From Thermoanaerobaculia bacterium (lineage in GTDB: Bacteria > Acidobacteriota > Thermoanaerobaculia > UBA5066), in contig CAWFJJ010000028.1 in assembly GCA_963816185.1 (NCBI GenBank), positions 224,001-288,000 of the forward strand: a stretch of DNA of 64,000 nucleotides, read 5' to 3'. The number at the start of each line of letters is the position of its first letter. Within the stretch, counting starts at the first letter, position 1. The notes beneath the pieces are model-generated. The model saw only the letters and a program-made list of their open reading frames with translations. It searched no databases and was not told the origin of the DNA. Of the stretch, positions 10,431 through 22,654 are shown piece by piece. Position numbers and translations under genes: made by a program.

Positions 10431-11236
10431 GCGACTCCGGCGTCCTACTCGAGCGCGCGTCTGATCCGCGGATCGCGCGCCTCATCCTGAACCGTCCGGC
10501 CCGCCGAAACGCCTTCGACGGCGAGCTCGTGGCCCTCCTGCAGCGCGCGGTGCGAGAGCTGGCATCGGACGCGACGACCCGCGTCATCGAGCTCTCCGGC
10601 GCGGGCAAGACGTTTTGCGCCGGCGCCGACATCGACTGGATGAAGAAGGTCGCGGGCTTCACGATGCAGGAAAACCTCCGCGATTCGGCGGAGCTGGCGT
10701 CGCTCTTCCGCGCGTTCGACGAGCTGGCGAAGCCGATCGTGGCGCGTGTCCAGGGCGCGGCTCTGGGAGGAGGGACAGGCCTCGTCGCCGTGTGCGACGT
10801 CGTCGTCGCGGCCGAGAACGCCATTTTCGGCACGACCGAGGTGAGGCTCGGAGTGATTCCCGCCGTCATCTCGCCCTACCTCGTGCACAAGGTCGGAGAA
10901 TCGCGCGCGCGGGCGTGGTTCGTCACGGGAGAGCGCGTCTCGGCGGAAGAGGCCCGGCAGGCCGGGCTCGTGCACCGCGTCGTCCCGGAGAAGGATCTCG
11001 CCACCACAGCACGAATGGTCCTCGACGCGATCCTGCTCGGTGGCCCTGAGGCCGTGGCCGAGGCCAAGCACCTGGCGCGCGCCGTCGCCTCGATGCAGCT
11101 CCGGGACGCCACGAACATGGCGATCCAGCGCCTGGGCGAGCGACGCGCTTCGGCCGAAGGGCGAGAGGGCCTCGCGGCGTTCCTGGAGAAGCGCAAGCCG
11201 TCCTGGGCGGTGGAGCCGCCTGCGAAGAAGACGTGA
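10427..11236 (+). CDS. Enoyl-CoA hydratase family (methylglutaconyl-CoA hydratase-like)
   Basis: LNRPARRNAF, FCAGAD, ALGGGTGL, EVRLG; operon context. Confidence 0.92.
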   Translation: MSDSGVLLERASDPRIARLILNRPARRNAFDGELVALLQRAVRELASDATTRVIELSGAGKTFCAGADIDWMKKVAGFTMQENLRDSAELASLFRAFDELAKPIVARVQGAALGGGTGLVAVCDVVVAAENAIFGTTEVRLGVIPAVISPYLVHKVGESRARAWFVTGERVSAEEARQAGLVHRVVPEKDLATTARMVLDAILLGGPEAVAEAKHLARAVASMQLRDATNMAIQRLGERRASAEGREGLAAFLEKRKPSWAVEPPAKKT

Positions 11237-12816
11237 CGAAGCTCCCGCGGCTCGGCCGCATTCTCGTCGCGAATCGCGGCGAGATCGCGGTGCGCGTGAT
11301 CCGCGCCTGTCGGACTGCCGGGGTCCCGGCCGTTGCGGTGTACTCCGACGCCGATCGCTCCGCGCGCCACGTCGCCCTCGCCGACGCGGCCGCGCACCTC
11401 GGCCCCGCGCCTGCGCGCGAGTCGTACCTTTCGATTCCGCGCCTTCTCGCGGCGGCGCGCGAGACCGGCTGCGGCGCCGTGCATCCCGGCTACGGGTTTC
11501 TCTCGGAGAACGCGGATTTCGCACGGGCGGTGAGGGACGCGGGACTCGTCTGGATCGGTCCGCCTCCCGAGGCGATGGAGGCGATGGGATCGAAGATCGC
11601 TGCGAGAGAAAGAATGAGGACGGCCGGAGTTCCGGTCGTCCCGGGCGCGCTCATTGAAGGATCCGAAGAGCACGAAGAGAAGAAGAGGATTTCTTCGAAT
11701 GGTAAAGAGGCTGAGGGCAGCGCAGCCGCTCGTCGAGCGGCGCTGACGCATCCCGAAACCTCTGGCACTTTCTCAGAAAATCTTTCTTCGGTTCTCTCTC
11801 TCGGTTTTCCCGTCGTCGTGAAGGCGTCTGCCGGCGGGGGCGGCAAGGGAATGAGGATCGTGGCGTGCCCCTCCGATCTTTCCGAGGCAATAGATTCCTG
11901 CCGCCGTGAGGCGCTCGCCGCGTTTGGGGATTCCACGGTCTATGTCGAGAAATACCTACCTTCGCCCCGCCACATCGAGGTGCAGGTATTCGGCGACACG
12001 CACGGGAACGTGGTCGCGCTCGGCGAGCGCGAGTGCTCGCTCCAAAGGCGCCACCAGAAGGTCATCGAGGAGTGTCCCTCGCCCGCCGTGACGCCGGAGC
12101 TTCGAACACGCCTCCAGAACGCCGCCTGCGATGCGGCGCGCGCCGTGGGTTACGTTAACGCGGGGACGGTCGAGTTCCTGCTCGAGCCCTCCGGAGAGTT
12201 CTACTTCCTCGAGATGAACACGCGCCTTCAGGTCGAGCATCCCGTGACGGAAGAGGCCTTCGGCGTGGACCTCGTCGCTCTGCAGCTCCTCGTCGCCGCA
12301 GGCGAGCCTCTGCCCGATCTCCCCACCACGCCCACGGCGCACGCGATGGAAGCGCGCGTCTACGCGGAGGATCCCGACGCGGGTTTCCTTCCGCAAGCCG
12401 GGCATCTCCTCTCGTGGGTCGAGCCTTCGGGACCGGGCGTTCGCGTGGACTCGGGCGTGACGGCCGGCCAGACGGTGGATGTTCACTACGACCCCCTGCT
12501 CGCGAAGATCGTCGCGAAAGGGCGGGACCGGGAGGAGGCACGAGGGCGGCTCGTCGCGGCGCTCGGCGAGACGATCGCTCTCGGCGTGGCGACGAATCTC
12601 TCGTGGCTGAGACGGTTGCTCGAGGCCGCTCCGGTCGTGCGCGGAGATCTGAACACCGGCCTCGTCGAGACGCTTTCGCTCCCCGCGCCTCCATCCCCTC
12701 CGGACGAGGTCTTCGAAGCCGCCTCCTCGGTTCTCTCTCGTGCCGAGCCCGGAAGAAGGTCTCGAGGCGTCCTTTCGAGTCCGTTCGAGGGGCGGTTTCG
12801 GATGGGCGGCGCTTGA
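11233..12816 (+). CDS. Biotin carboxylase subunit with AT-richer in-frame insert
   Basis: ANRGEIA, HPGYGFLSEN, GGGGKGM, RECSLQRRHQK, EMNTRLQVEH; insert ~11655-11800. Confidence 0.93.
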   Translation: MTKLPRLGRILVANRGEIAVRVIRACRTAGVPAVAVYSDADRSARHVALADAAAHLGPAPARESYLSIPRLLAAARETGCGAVHPGYGFLSENADFARAVRDAGLVWIGPPPEAMEAMGSKIAARERMRTAGVPVVPGALIEGSEEHEEKKRISSNGKEAEGSAAARRAALTHPETSGTFSENLSSVLSLGFPVVVKASAGGGGKGMRIVACPSDLSEAIDSCRREALAAFGDSTVYVEKYLPSPRHIEVQVFGDTHGNVVALGERECSLQRRHQKVIEECPSPAVTPELRTRLQNAACDAARAVGYVNAGTVEFLLEPSGEFYFLEMNTRLQVEHPVTEEAFGVDLVALQLLVAAGEPLPDLPTTPTAHAMEARVYAEDPDAGFLPQAGHLLSWVEPSGPGVRVDSGVTAGQTVDVHYDPLLAKIVAKGRDREEARGRLVAALGETIALGVATNLSWLRRLLEAAPVVRGDLNTGLVETLSLPAPPSPPDEVFEAASSVLSRAEPGRRSRGVLSSPFEGRFRMGGA

Positions 12817-13193
12817 AGCTGCGCGACCTGCGAACGGGAGAGGAGCGCGAGGTCGCGGGGGACGTTCCGCCCGGCGCGGTGGCCGCGCGCGACGGCGACG
12901 TCGCCTGGGTCTGGTTCCGGGGCGAGACGTACCGTCTCTCACCGGCCCGTTCGCGCCGCGCCGCTCGTGCCGGCGAGGAGGCGCCGTCGCTCGAGGCGCC
13001 GATGCCGGGCCGGATCGCGGCCGTCCGTGTCGCGTGCGGAGCATCCGTCTCGAAGGGAGACGTCCTCGTCGTCGTCGAAGCGATGAAGATGGAACACGCG
13101 GTGCGCGCCCCGAAAGACGGGACCGTGGAGAGAGTTCTCGTCTCCGAGGGCCAGATGGTCGGCCTCGGCGACGTCCTCGTGGAGATGGCGTGA
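12813..13193 (+). CDS. Biotin carboxyl carrier protein
   Basis: APMPG and EAMKME biotinylation motif. Confidence 0.9.
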   Translation: MKLRDLRTGEEREVAGDVPPGAVAARDGDVAWVWFRGETYRLSPARSRRAARAGEEAPSLEAPMPGRIAAVRVACGASVSKGDVLVVVEAMKMEHAVRAPKDGTVERVLVSEGQMVGLGDVLVEMA

Positions 13194-14107
13194 ACGCGAC
13201 ACGCGTCACCGTCGTCGAGGTCGGCCCGCGCGACGGCCTTCAGAACGAGGCGACGGCGGTCCCGACGGACGTGAAGGTCGCGTTCGTCGACGCGCTCTCG
13301 GCGGCGGGCCTGCCCGTCGTGGAGGCGACGGCGTTCGTCTCGCAGAAGTCGATTCCGCAGCTCGCGGACTGCGAGGAGGTCTTCCGGCGGATCGCGAAGC
13401 GCCCGGGCGTGCGTTATCCGGTCCTCGTCCCGAACGAGAAGGGGCTGGACCGGGCCGAGGCGGCTGGCGCGCGCGAGATCGCGGTCTTCACGGCGGCGTC
13501 GGAGACGTTCAACCGGAAGAACATCAACGCCTCGATCGACGAGTCGTTCGTACGCTTTTCGCCCGTGATCCGGCGCGCGTTAGAGTCCGGAATGCGCGTG
13601 CGCGGGTACGTGTCGTGCGCGTTCGGCTGCCCGTACGAGGGGGCGATTCCGCCGGCCGCGCCCGCTCGCGTCGCGCGGAGGCTGCTCGACGCGGGGTGCG
13701 ACGAAGTTTCCATCGGCGACACGATCGGCGTCGGCGTGCCCACACAGGTTCCCGAGGTGGTCGGCCGCTGCGTAGACGCGGGCGTACCGCGCGCGCGCCT
13801 CGCGCTCCATTTCCACGATACGCGCGGAACGGCGCTTGCGAACGTGGCCGAGGGTCTGAGGCAGGGCGTCCGGATCTTCGACTCCTCGGCAGGGGGTCTC
13901 GGCGGCTGCCCATACGCTCCCGGGGCTTCGGGAAACGTCGCCACGGAGGACCTTCTCTATCTCCTGCACGGCATGGGTTACGAAACGGGCGTGGACCTTT
14001 CCCTGGTCGCGTCGGCCACCCGGACCCTGTCGGACGCGATCGGGCGGCGCCCGGCGTCGCGCGTCTATCAGGCTCTCGAGTCGGCCCGCGGGCCGCGGCC
14101 GGTGTAA
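13190..14107 (+). CDS. Hydroxymethylglutaryl-CoA lyase
   Basis: EVGPRDGLQNE, HFHDTRG, GGLGGCPYAPGASGNVATED. Confidence 0.95.
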   Translation: MNATRVTVVEVGPRDGLQNEATAVPTDVKVAFVDALSAAGLPVVEATAFVSQKSIPQLADCEEVFRRIAKRPGVRYPVLVPNEKGLDRAEAAGAREIAVFTAASETFNRKNINASIDESFVRFSPVIRRALESGMRVRGYVSCAFGCPYEGAIPPAAPARVARRLLDAGCDEVSIGDTIGVGVPTQVPEVVGRCVDAGVPRARLALHFHDTRGTALANVAEGLRQGVRIFDSSAGGLGGCPYAPGASGNVATEDLLYLLHGMGYETGVDLSLVASATRTLSDAIGRRPASRVYQALESARGPRPV

Positions 14108-14141
14108 ACTGGGGCGACACCTTACCCTGCGAGGAGATCGA

Positions 14142-15248
14142 ATGCCGTATCGGATTCTCTTGGCGGACGACAGTCTGACCATCCAGAAGGTCATCGAGCT
14201 GACGTTCTCGGGTACGGATTTCGAGCTCAAGGCTGTCGGAAACGGCGATCTCGCGCCGCCTCTCCTCGATTCGTTCTCTCCCGACATCGTCCTCGCGGAT
14301 TGCGTCATGCCGGGCAAGACCGGGTACGAGCTGTGCGAGGAAGTCAAGCGGCGACCCGGCGGCCGATTCGTGCCCGTGGTCCTCCTCACGGGGACTTTCG
14401 AGCCTTTCGACAAGCCGCGTGCCGAGCAGGCGGGCGCCGACTCGGTCGTGACGAAGCCATTCGACTCGCAGGGACTCGCCACGCTCGTGCGGGACCTCGT
14501 GAACCGAGCCGCTGAAGAGCGAGCCGCTGCGCCTCCCGAGCCCCCTCCGCCGCCAGAGCCCCCTCCCGCGCCGGAATTCGTCCCACCGCCTCCCGTCGAG
14601 GAGCTTGCTGAGTCCACCGACCCCACGCTCGGCGGCGGAGCGGCGTTCTCGACGGTTCCGATGCCCGCGACGACGGCGCCCGTTTCCGAGCCGGATTTCT
14701 ATGCGACCTCGGCAATCCCGGTCCATCGAGAGAGCGAGTTCGAGCCCCCTCCGGATTCAGAGGCCGCCTTCCTGCCGCCTTCCGATCAGCCCACGGAACG
14801 GGTTCCCCCGGTACCTGAACCCTCGCCGGCCGCGTACGAGATGGATCTGGGCGCTCTCGACGACGAGCCGCCCCATCGCGACCTCGAGGCGGACATCGCC
14901 GCGTTCGAGGCGTCCGGGCGCGGCGCCACCCGGCCGGATCTCTGGGACACGCCCGCCGCGAAAGCCGCGGTCGCCGCTTCGCTCGCTGAGCCCGCTCCGG
15001 GCGAGCTCGAAGCCCTCGCAGCCGAGGCGAGCCTGTCCGATCTCAAGAGCCTCATCCCGAAGGCAACGGCATCGGCCGCGGGGGCGCCCGCCGGGCCCCT
15101 CACTGATGACGAGATAGACCGCATCGCGCGGCGGGTTCTCGAGCTCTCCGGCGAGCGCATCGTCCGGAAGATCGCGTGGGACGTCGTGCCGGAGCTCGCC
15201 GAACGCCTCGTGAAAGAGCGCCTCGACGAGCTGGATAAGACGGAATAG
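14142..15248 (+). CDS. RomR-like response regulator (receiver, Pro-rich linker, helical C-terminal domain)
   Basis: ILLADDSLTIQKVIELTF receiver; C-terminal KIAWDVVPELAERLVKE. Confidence 0.7.
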   Translation: MPYRILLADDSLTIQKVIELTFSGTDFELKAVGNGDLAPPLLDSFSPDIVLADCVMPGKTGYELCEEVKRRPGGRFVPVVLLTGTFEPFDKPRAEQAGADSVVTKPFDSQGLATLVRDLVNRAAEERAAAPPEPPPPPEPPPAPEFVPPPPVEELAESTDPTLGGGAAFSTVPMPATTAPVSEPDFYATSAIPVHRESEFEPPPDSEAAFLPPSDQPTERVPPVPEPSPAAYEMDLGALDDEPPHRDLEADIAAFEASGRGATRPDLWDTPAAKAAVAASLAEPAPGELEALAAEASLSDLKSLIPKATASAAGAPAGPLTDDEIDRIARRVLELSGERIVRKIAWDVVPELAERLVKERLDELDKTE

Positions 15249-15263
15249 AAAAGATTTCGGAAG

Positions 15264-15366
15264 AGAGATTTCCTAGAAGGTAAGAGGGCTTGCTGCACGG
15301 GCGTAGCGGACGCGGCGGCGGCGGTGCGGATGCAGCGTCCGGATCGCGCGCCTTCTAAGAACCTCT
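15264..15366. repeat. Inverted motif pair ATTTCCTAGAAGG ... CCTTCTAAGAA
   Basis: Same motif family as 1094-1264; purine tract before, pyrimidine tract after. Confidence 0.65.
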
Positions 15367-15421
15367 TCTTCTCCCTGGTTTCCTGAGTCCTCCTTCCCAA
15401 ACCCGCGTAGCGGTCGGACCG

Positions 15422-16768
15422 CTAACCTACCTCGTGGGCGAGCACCAGCCCCCGGTCGAGGTGGTCGATGAGGACGTCCGCGCCCTCGAGGCCCACCGAA
15501 AGGCGGATGAGGCCGGGTGTGATGCCGCGCAGTACGCGATCCTCCTCGGGGACGACCGCGTGCGTCATCGAGGCGGGATGCTGGATGTACGAGATGGCCG
15601 AGCCGAGGCTCACGGCGAGCTCCATCGGCGTGTCCTTTCGCGCGAAGTAGTTCATCAGCTTCTCGCCGGCCGGCGCGCCCCCCACGACCTCGAAGCTGAT
15701 GATCGATCCGCCGTCGCGCATCTGCTTTTTCGCGAGCGCTGCCTGCGGGAAGTCCTCGAATCCGGGCCAGACGACACGTGAAACGCACGAGTGGTTCCTC
15801 AGGAAGGTCGCGACCGTCGCGGCGGTCTCCGATTGGGCCTGCTGCCGGGCCGCCAGGCTTTGCAGAGTCATCGAGTTCAGCCACGAGTCGAACGGAGACG
15901 GGGTCGCGCCCAGGTCCTTGTACCAGGGGAAAAGCGTCTCCTTCATGAACCTGAACGGCCCGAGGACGGCGCCGCCAACGGAAGTCGAGTGGCCGTTCAC
16001 GAACTTGGTGAGCGAGTGGACGACGAAGTCCGCGCCAAGGCGGAACGGCTGCTGAAGGTAAGGCGAGCAGAACGTGTTGTCGACGATGAGGACGATGCCG
16101 CGCTCTTCCGTCAGGCGCGAGATCGCCTCGATGTCGGCGAGTCGAAGAGTCGGGTTCTCGGGCGACTCGAGAAAGACCGTCGAGACTTCAGGATGCTCCT
16201 CGAGCGCGGCTTCGACGGCTACGAGGTCCCCCGTGTCGCAGAAGACCGAGCCGACCCCGAACTTCGCGAGGCCGCGCAGGAGGCTGTCCGTGCAGCCATA
16301 GATGTTCCCCGCGAGAACGGCGTCGCCCGACCTGACCAGGGAAAGGAGGAGCGCCGAGATCGCGCCCATCCCGGACGCGCAGATGAGGCACCCGATCGTG
16401 GGCTCGGTCTCGTCCTCGGCGAGAGCTTTCTCGATGACGTGCTCGGCCTCGAGCCGGAACAGGATGCGCTCGAGGTACTCGGTGGTCGGATTCCCGAGGC
16501 GCGTGTAGATGCGGGCGTACGGACGCTCGCCGCCACGGGACATCCCCAGAAAGCGGTCGGCGCCGTCCTTCACGCTGCGGAACGGGAACGTCGAGCGCTG
16601 GTGGATCGGCGGGAGACCCGTCCCCGCCGCGAGGGTGCGAAACAGGCCTTCCGGCATCTGTTTTTCAGCGTCGCGCACCCAGCGGGTCTTGCGATCGATC
16701 CACCAGTCCCAGAACGAGTGTCGGGCGGAGCCGAAGCGGACGGGGGACCTGCCGAGTGTCGTGCTCAT
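15422..16768 (-). CDS. PLP-dependent Cys/Met metabolism enzyme (methionine gamma-lyase-like)
   Basis: YTRLGNPT, ASGMGAI, ESPENP, VDNTF, HSLTKF, RLSVGLE. Confidence 0.9.
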   Translation of the reverse strand: MSTTLGRSPVRFGSARHSFWDWWIDRKTRWVRDAEKQMPEGLFRTLAAGTGLPPIHQRSTFPFRSVKDGADRFLGMSRGGERPYARIYTRLGNPTTEYLERILFRLEAEHVIEKALAEDETEPTIGCLICASGMGAISALLLSLVRSGDAVLAGNIYGCTDSLLRGLAKFGVGSVFCDTGDLVAVEAALEEHPEVSTVFLESPENPTLRLADIEAISRLTEERGIVLIVDNTFCSPYLQQPFRLGADFVVHSLTKFVNGHSTSVGGAVLGPFRFMKETLFPWYKDLGATPSPFDSWLNSMTLQSLAARQQAQSETAATVATFLRNHSCVSRVVWPGFEDFPQAALAKKQMRDGGSIISFEVVGGAPAGEKLMNYFARKDTPMELAVSLGSAISYIQHPASMTHAVVPEEDRVLRGITPGLIRLSVGLEGADVLIDHLDRGLVLAHEVG

Positions 16769-16887
16769 GTGTCGAATGTAGCGACTCGGGAAGGAGCGCG
16801 CCCCCGTGCAGATGCCTCATGCGGCCGGGTTTGCCGGGGGTCCCTTCCCCTAACCGGCGCCCTCGTGCGATCCTCTCGCGTTCCCCG

Positions 16888-19556
<2,669 letters not shown>

Positions 19557-19560
<4 letters not shown>

Positions 19561-20342
19561 GCGGCGTCACGGATCCCCTCGAGGGCCGGTCGTTCTCGCA
19601 CATCGAGAACGTCATCTACCTGCCGTCGACGCCTTCCACGAACGACGTCGCCAAGACGATCGTGGAGAAGATGCTCGCCGAGAGCGAGGACATCCGGCCC
19701 ACGATCATCGTGGCGGGGGAGCAGACGGCGGGGCACGGGCGCATGGGCCGAAGCTGGACCCCGCTGCCCGAGGCCCTCGCGGTCTCCATCATCGTCCCGT
19801 GGCCGGCGGGGCCGGAACGCGTCCGCCTGCCGGTGCGGGCCGGGATCGCGGTCGCGCGAGGTCTTTCCAAGGCGTTCGCCCTCGACGTGCGGCTCAAATG
19901 GCCGAACGACCTCCTCGTGAAACGCAAGAAGGTCGGCGGCATCCTCGTCGAGGCGCGCGCGAACGACGAAGGCGAAGGCTGGGCCGTCGTCGGCGTCGGC
20001 CTCAACGTGCGCGGCACACGGAAGGACCTCGATGCCCGGGGTCTGAGGGATGCGACGTCGCTCGAAGAGGCAGGCGTCACGTCGGCGAGGCTCGCTGGTG
20101 TCGCGCCGCTCTCGGCCCTCCTCGACGTCCTCGACGCGCCGCTCGGCGAGGCGGGAAGAGATCCGCTGCCGGAGGCATTCGCGGCCGTCTCGGCCCATGC
20201 GCCGGGCGACGCGATGAGCGTCATGGACGCGGGCCGATCCGTGTCGGGCGTCTTCCGCGGAGTGAACGCCGACGGCGCGCTGCGCCTTTCGACCGGGCGC
20301 GGCGAGGAGACGATCGTGTCGGGCGACGTCGTCCTCTTCTAG
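19557..20342 (+). CDS. birA: Biotin--protein ligase
   Basis: STN, QTAGHGRMGRSW, KWPND, KVGGILVE; no HTH. Confidence 0.92.
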
Positions 20343-20355
20343 GGGCCGTTTCTCC

Positions 20356-21228
20356 GTGAACGAAACGCCGGAGTCCGGGCGCGCACCGTCCCCGGCGGAC
20401 ACGGGCCTCGACGAGGCGGGCTACGCGACCCGGATCGAGGACGCCTTCATCGCCGAGCGAGGCACGCCGTTCCTCGTGTCGGCGAAGGACTGGAGCTTGA
20501 TCCGCGGATGGCGGGAGACGGGCGTACCCGCCGACACCGTCGTGCGCGCCGTGCGCGAGACATTCGAGAGGCGCCGCGCTCGCGGCCAGGCCGGGAAGAT
20601 CTCCTCCCTCGCGTACTGCGCCGACGCCGTCACCGAGCGCTGGGAGATGGAGCGCCGGGGCCTCGTCGGGAAGGAAGATGCGCCCCCCGCGGCGCCAGAC
20701 GCGGCCGCAACGCGTGAAACGCTCGCCACGCTTGCTGCCGCGCTCCGCGCGGCGGGAGAAGAGAAGAAGAACTTCTTGCTTCGGAAAGAGAAAGAGAGGG
20801 ACCCAGGAGCGACGAGCGATGGCGGAGCGACGGGGATCGCTCTGGAAGTTCTTAGAAGGGGGTATGGGAAGGCGGACGCAGCATCTGAAGTCGGCGTTCC
20901 GGCGCACTCGGGACCCTTCGAAGAATCTTCAGGTGCTCTTCGTAAGGCTCTCGACAAGGCGGCGGCTCAGGTCGAAGAAATCTCCCCCGATCTTCCCTTC
21001 GAAGAAATCGAACACAAGCTGTCCTCTATCGAGGCATCACTCGTGCGAACGGGTCTGAAAGCAATGAATCCCTCTTTTCAGGCCCGCGTGGAAGAACGCG
21101 TCTCTTCGGCGTTGGGAGACGTGTCCCTACTTGCTCCCCACGTCGTCGAGCGCATGCGCAAGGCGCTGACGCGCCGCGAGGTGCGAGCGCTCGCCGGCTT
21201 TCCGCCGTTGACGCTGCTCCATGGCTGA
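20356..21228 (+). CDS. Hypothetical protein with low-complexity insert
   Basis: ORF fills the gap between birA and the methyltransferase; AT-richer segment ~20755-21010 carries TTCTTAGAAGG-type motifs. Confidence 0.7.
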   Translation: MNETPESGRAPSPADTGLDEAGYATRIEDAFIAERGTPFLVSAKDWSLIRGWRETGVPADTVVRAVRETFERRRARGQAGKISSLAYCADAVTERWEMERRGLVGKEDAPPAAPDAAATRETLATLAAALRAAGEEKKNFLLRKEKERDPGATSDGGATGIALEVLRRGYGKADAASEVGVPAHSGPFEESSGALRKALDKAAAQVEEISPDLPFEEIEHKLSSIEASLVRTGLKAMNPSFQARVEERVSSALGDVSLLAPHVVERMRKALTRREVRALAGFPPLTLLHG

Positions 21229-22645
21229 CGTCCGTCCCGGGGAGCGCGCCGACGTGGCGATCGAGCGCGTCGTGCCGGGGGGAGACGGGCTGGCGCGCCT
21301 TTCGGGCGTCGTAACGCTGGTGTCCGGAGGACTGCCGGGAGATCGTGTGCGCCTGCGGGTGACGGAGGCCTCGGATCGTCTCGTGTCGGGCGCCCTCGAG
21401 ACGGTGCTTTCTCCCGGCGAAGCGCGCCGGCCGGAGGCTGAGATGTGCCCCCGGGCGCGGGACGGCTCGTGCGGCGGATGCGACTGGCCGGCCGCGCGCC
21501 TCGAGCATCACCGCGAGCTGAAGACGGCGATCGTCCTCGACGCCCTCCGGCGGCTCGCGGGCCTTCGTGCCGAGGCTCTTCCGGAGCCGCGCTGGCTCGG
21601 CTCCGCGCGGAACTATCGGTTGCGAAACCGCCTGCATCTCGATCGGCAGGAAAGACTGGGCTTCTTCGCGCCTCGCTCGAACACCGTCGCGAACCTCGAG
21701 ACGTGCGAGATCGTCTCGAAGGCGCTGCTCGCACGGCTGCCCGCGATTCGCGATTTCCTGAAGGGCTTCGGGGGGATGGAAGGAGAGCTCTGGACGCTGG
21801 AAGACAGGGAAGGAAAAACGCTGCTCGGCGAGATGCGGCTCGACGGGCCGCGTCTCGGCGAAGGTCATGGTCCGCTAGTTACTTCGAAGGTGAAAGACAG
21901 GGGGAGGGGACCGTTCGACGGATTTCGAGTCGTCGATGCGGGCGGCCGCATCCTGCTCTCGGACGGGCCGTCGTCCCTGTCGATCGTCGCGGGCTGCGCA
22001 TCATTCGACGTCTCCGTCTCTTCTTTCTTTCAAGGAAACCTCTACCTCCTCGACGCGTTTCTCGAAGAGGTCCGGACCGCGCTTCGCGCCGAGCGAGAAG
22101 ATTCCGCGCTTCGCGCGGTGCTTAGAAGGGAAGAGGGGCGAAGGGAAAAGGGGCGCGCCCTGCCCGTTCGCGCGCTCGACCTCTACGCTGGGGTAGGGTT
22201 CCTCACACGTCCTCTTCTCGAGCTCGTGCGCGATGCGGGCGCGGGGGACGTGACTTCAGTGGAGATCGAGCCGTCCGCGTCAAATTCCCTTTCTAAGAAT
22301 CTTTCTCTCTGGTCTTCCCAGGGCCTACCCCTTGCGCGCGCGGTCCGTGCGACCGCGGAGTCTTTTCTTTCTTCGCAGAGAGCGTCGAATTCTCCGAATC
22401 CGCCGATCGACGTGCTCGTCGCCGATCCGCCGCGCACAGGCCTTTCGCCCGCCGTGCGTGCCGGAATCCTCCGCCTCGCACCGCGGCATCTCCTGATGGT
22501 CTCGTGCGATCCGCCGACGTTCGCGCGCGATCTTTCGGCCCTGGGATCGCGTTACGCGGTCGAGCGGCTGACCCTCCTCGATCTCTTCCCCCAGACGCAC
22601 CACGTGGAAACGGTCGCCTTGCTCACGCGGCGCGAAGTCGGATAG
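21221..22645 (+). CDS. RlmD/TrmA-family RNA m5U methyltransferase
   Basis: TRAM-like start, CxxxxxxxCGGC, SFFQGN, LDLYAGVG, DPPRTG, VSCDP, DLFPQTHHVE. Confidence 0.9.
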   Translation: MADVRPGERADVAIERVVPGGDGLARLSGVVTLVSGGLPGDRVRLRVTEASDRLVSGALETVLSPGEARRPEAEMCPRARDGSCGGCDWPAARLEHHRELKTAIVLDALRRLAGLRAEALPEPRWLGSARNYRLRNRLHLDRQERLGFFAPRSNTVANLETCEIVSKALLARLPAIRDFLKGFGGMEGELWTLEDREGKTLLGEMRLDGPRLGEGHGPLVTSKVKDRGRGPFDGFRVVDAGGRILLSDGPSSLSIVAGCASFDVSVSSFFQGNLYLLDAFLEEVRTALRAEREDSALRAVLRREEGRREKGRALPVRALDLYAGVGFLTRPLLELVRDAGAGDVTSVEIEPSASNSLSKNLSLWSSQGLPLARAVRATAESFLSSQRASNSPNPPIDVLVADPPRTGLSPAVRAGILRLAPRHLLMVSCDPPTFARDLSALGSRYAVERLTLLDLFPQTHHVETVALLTRREVG

Positions 22646-22654
22646 AAGCGCGGC

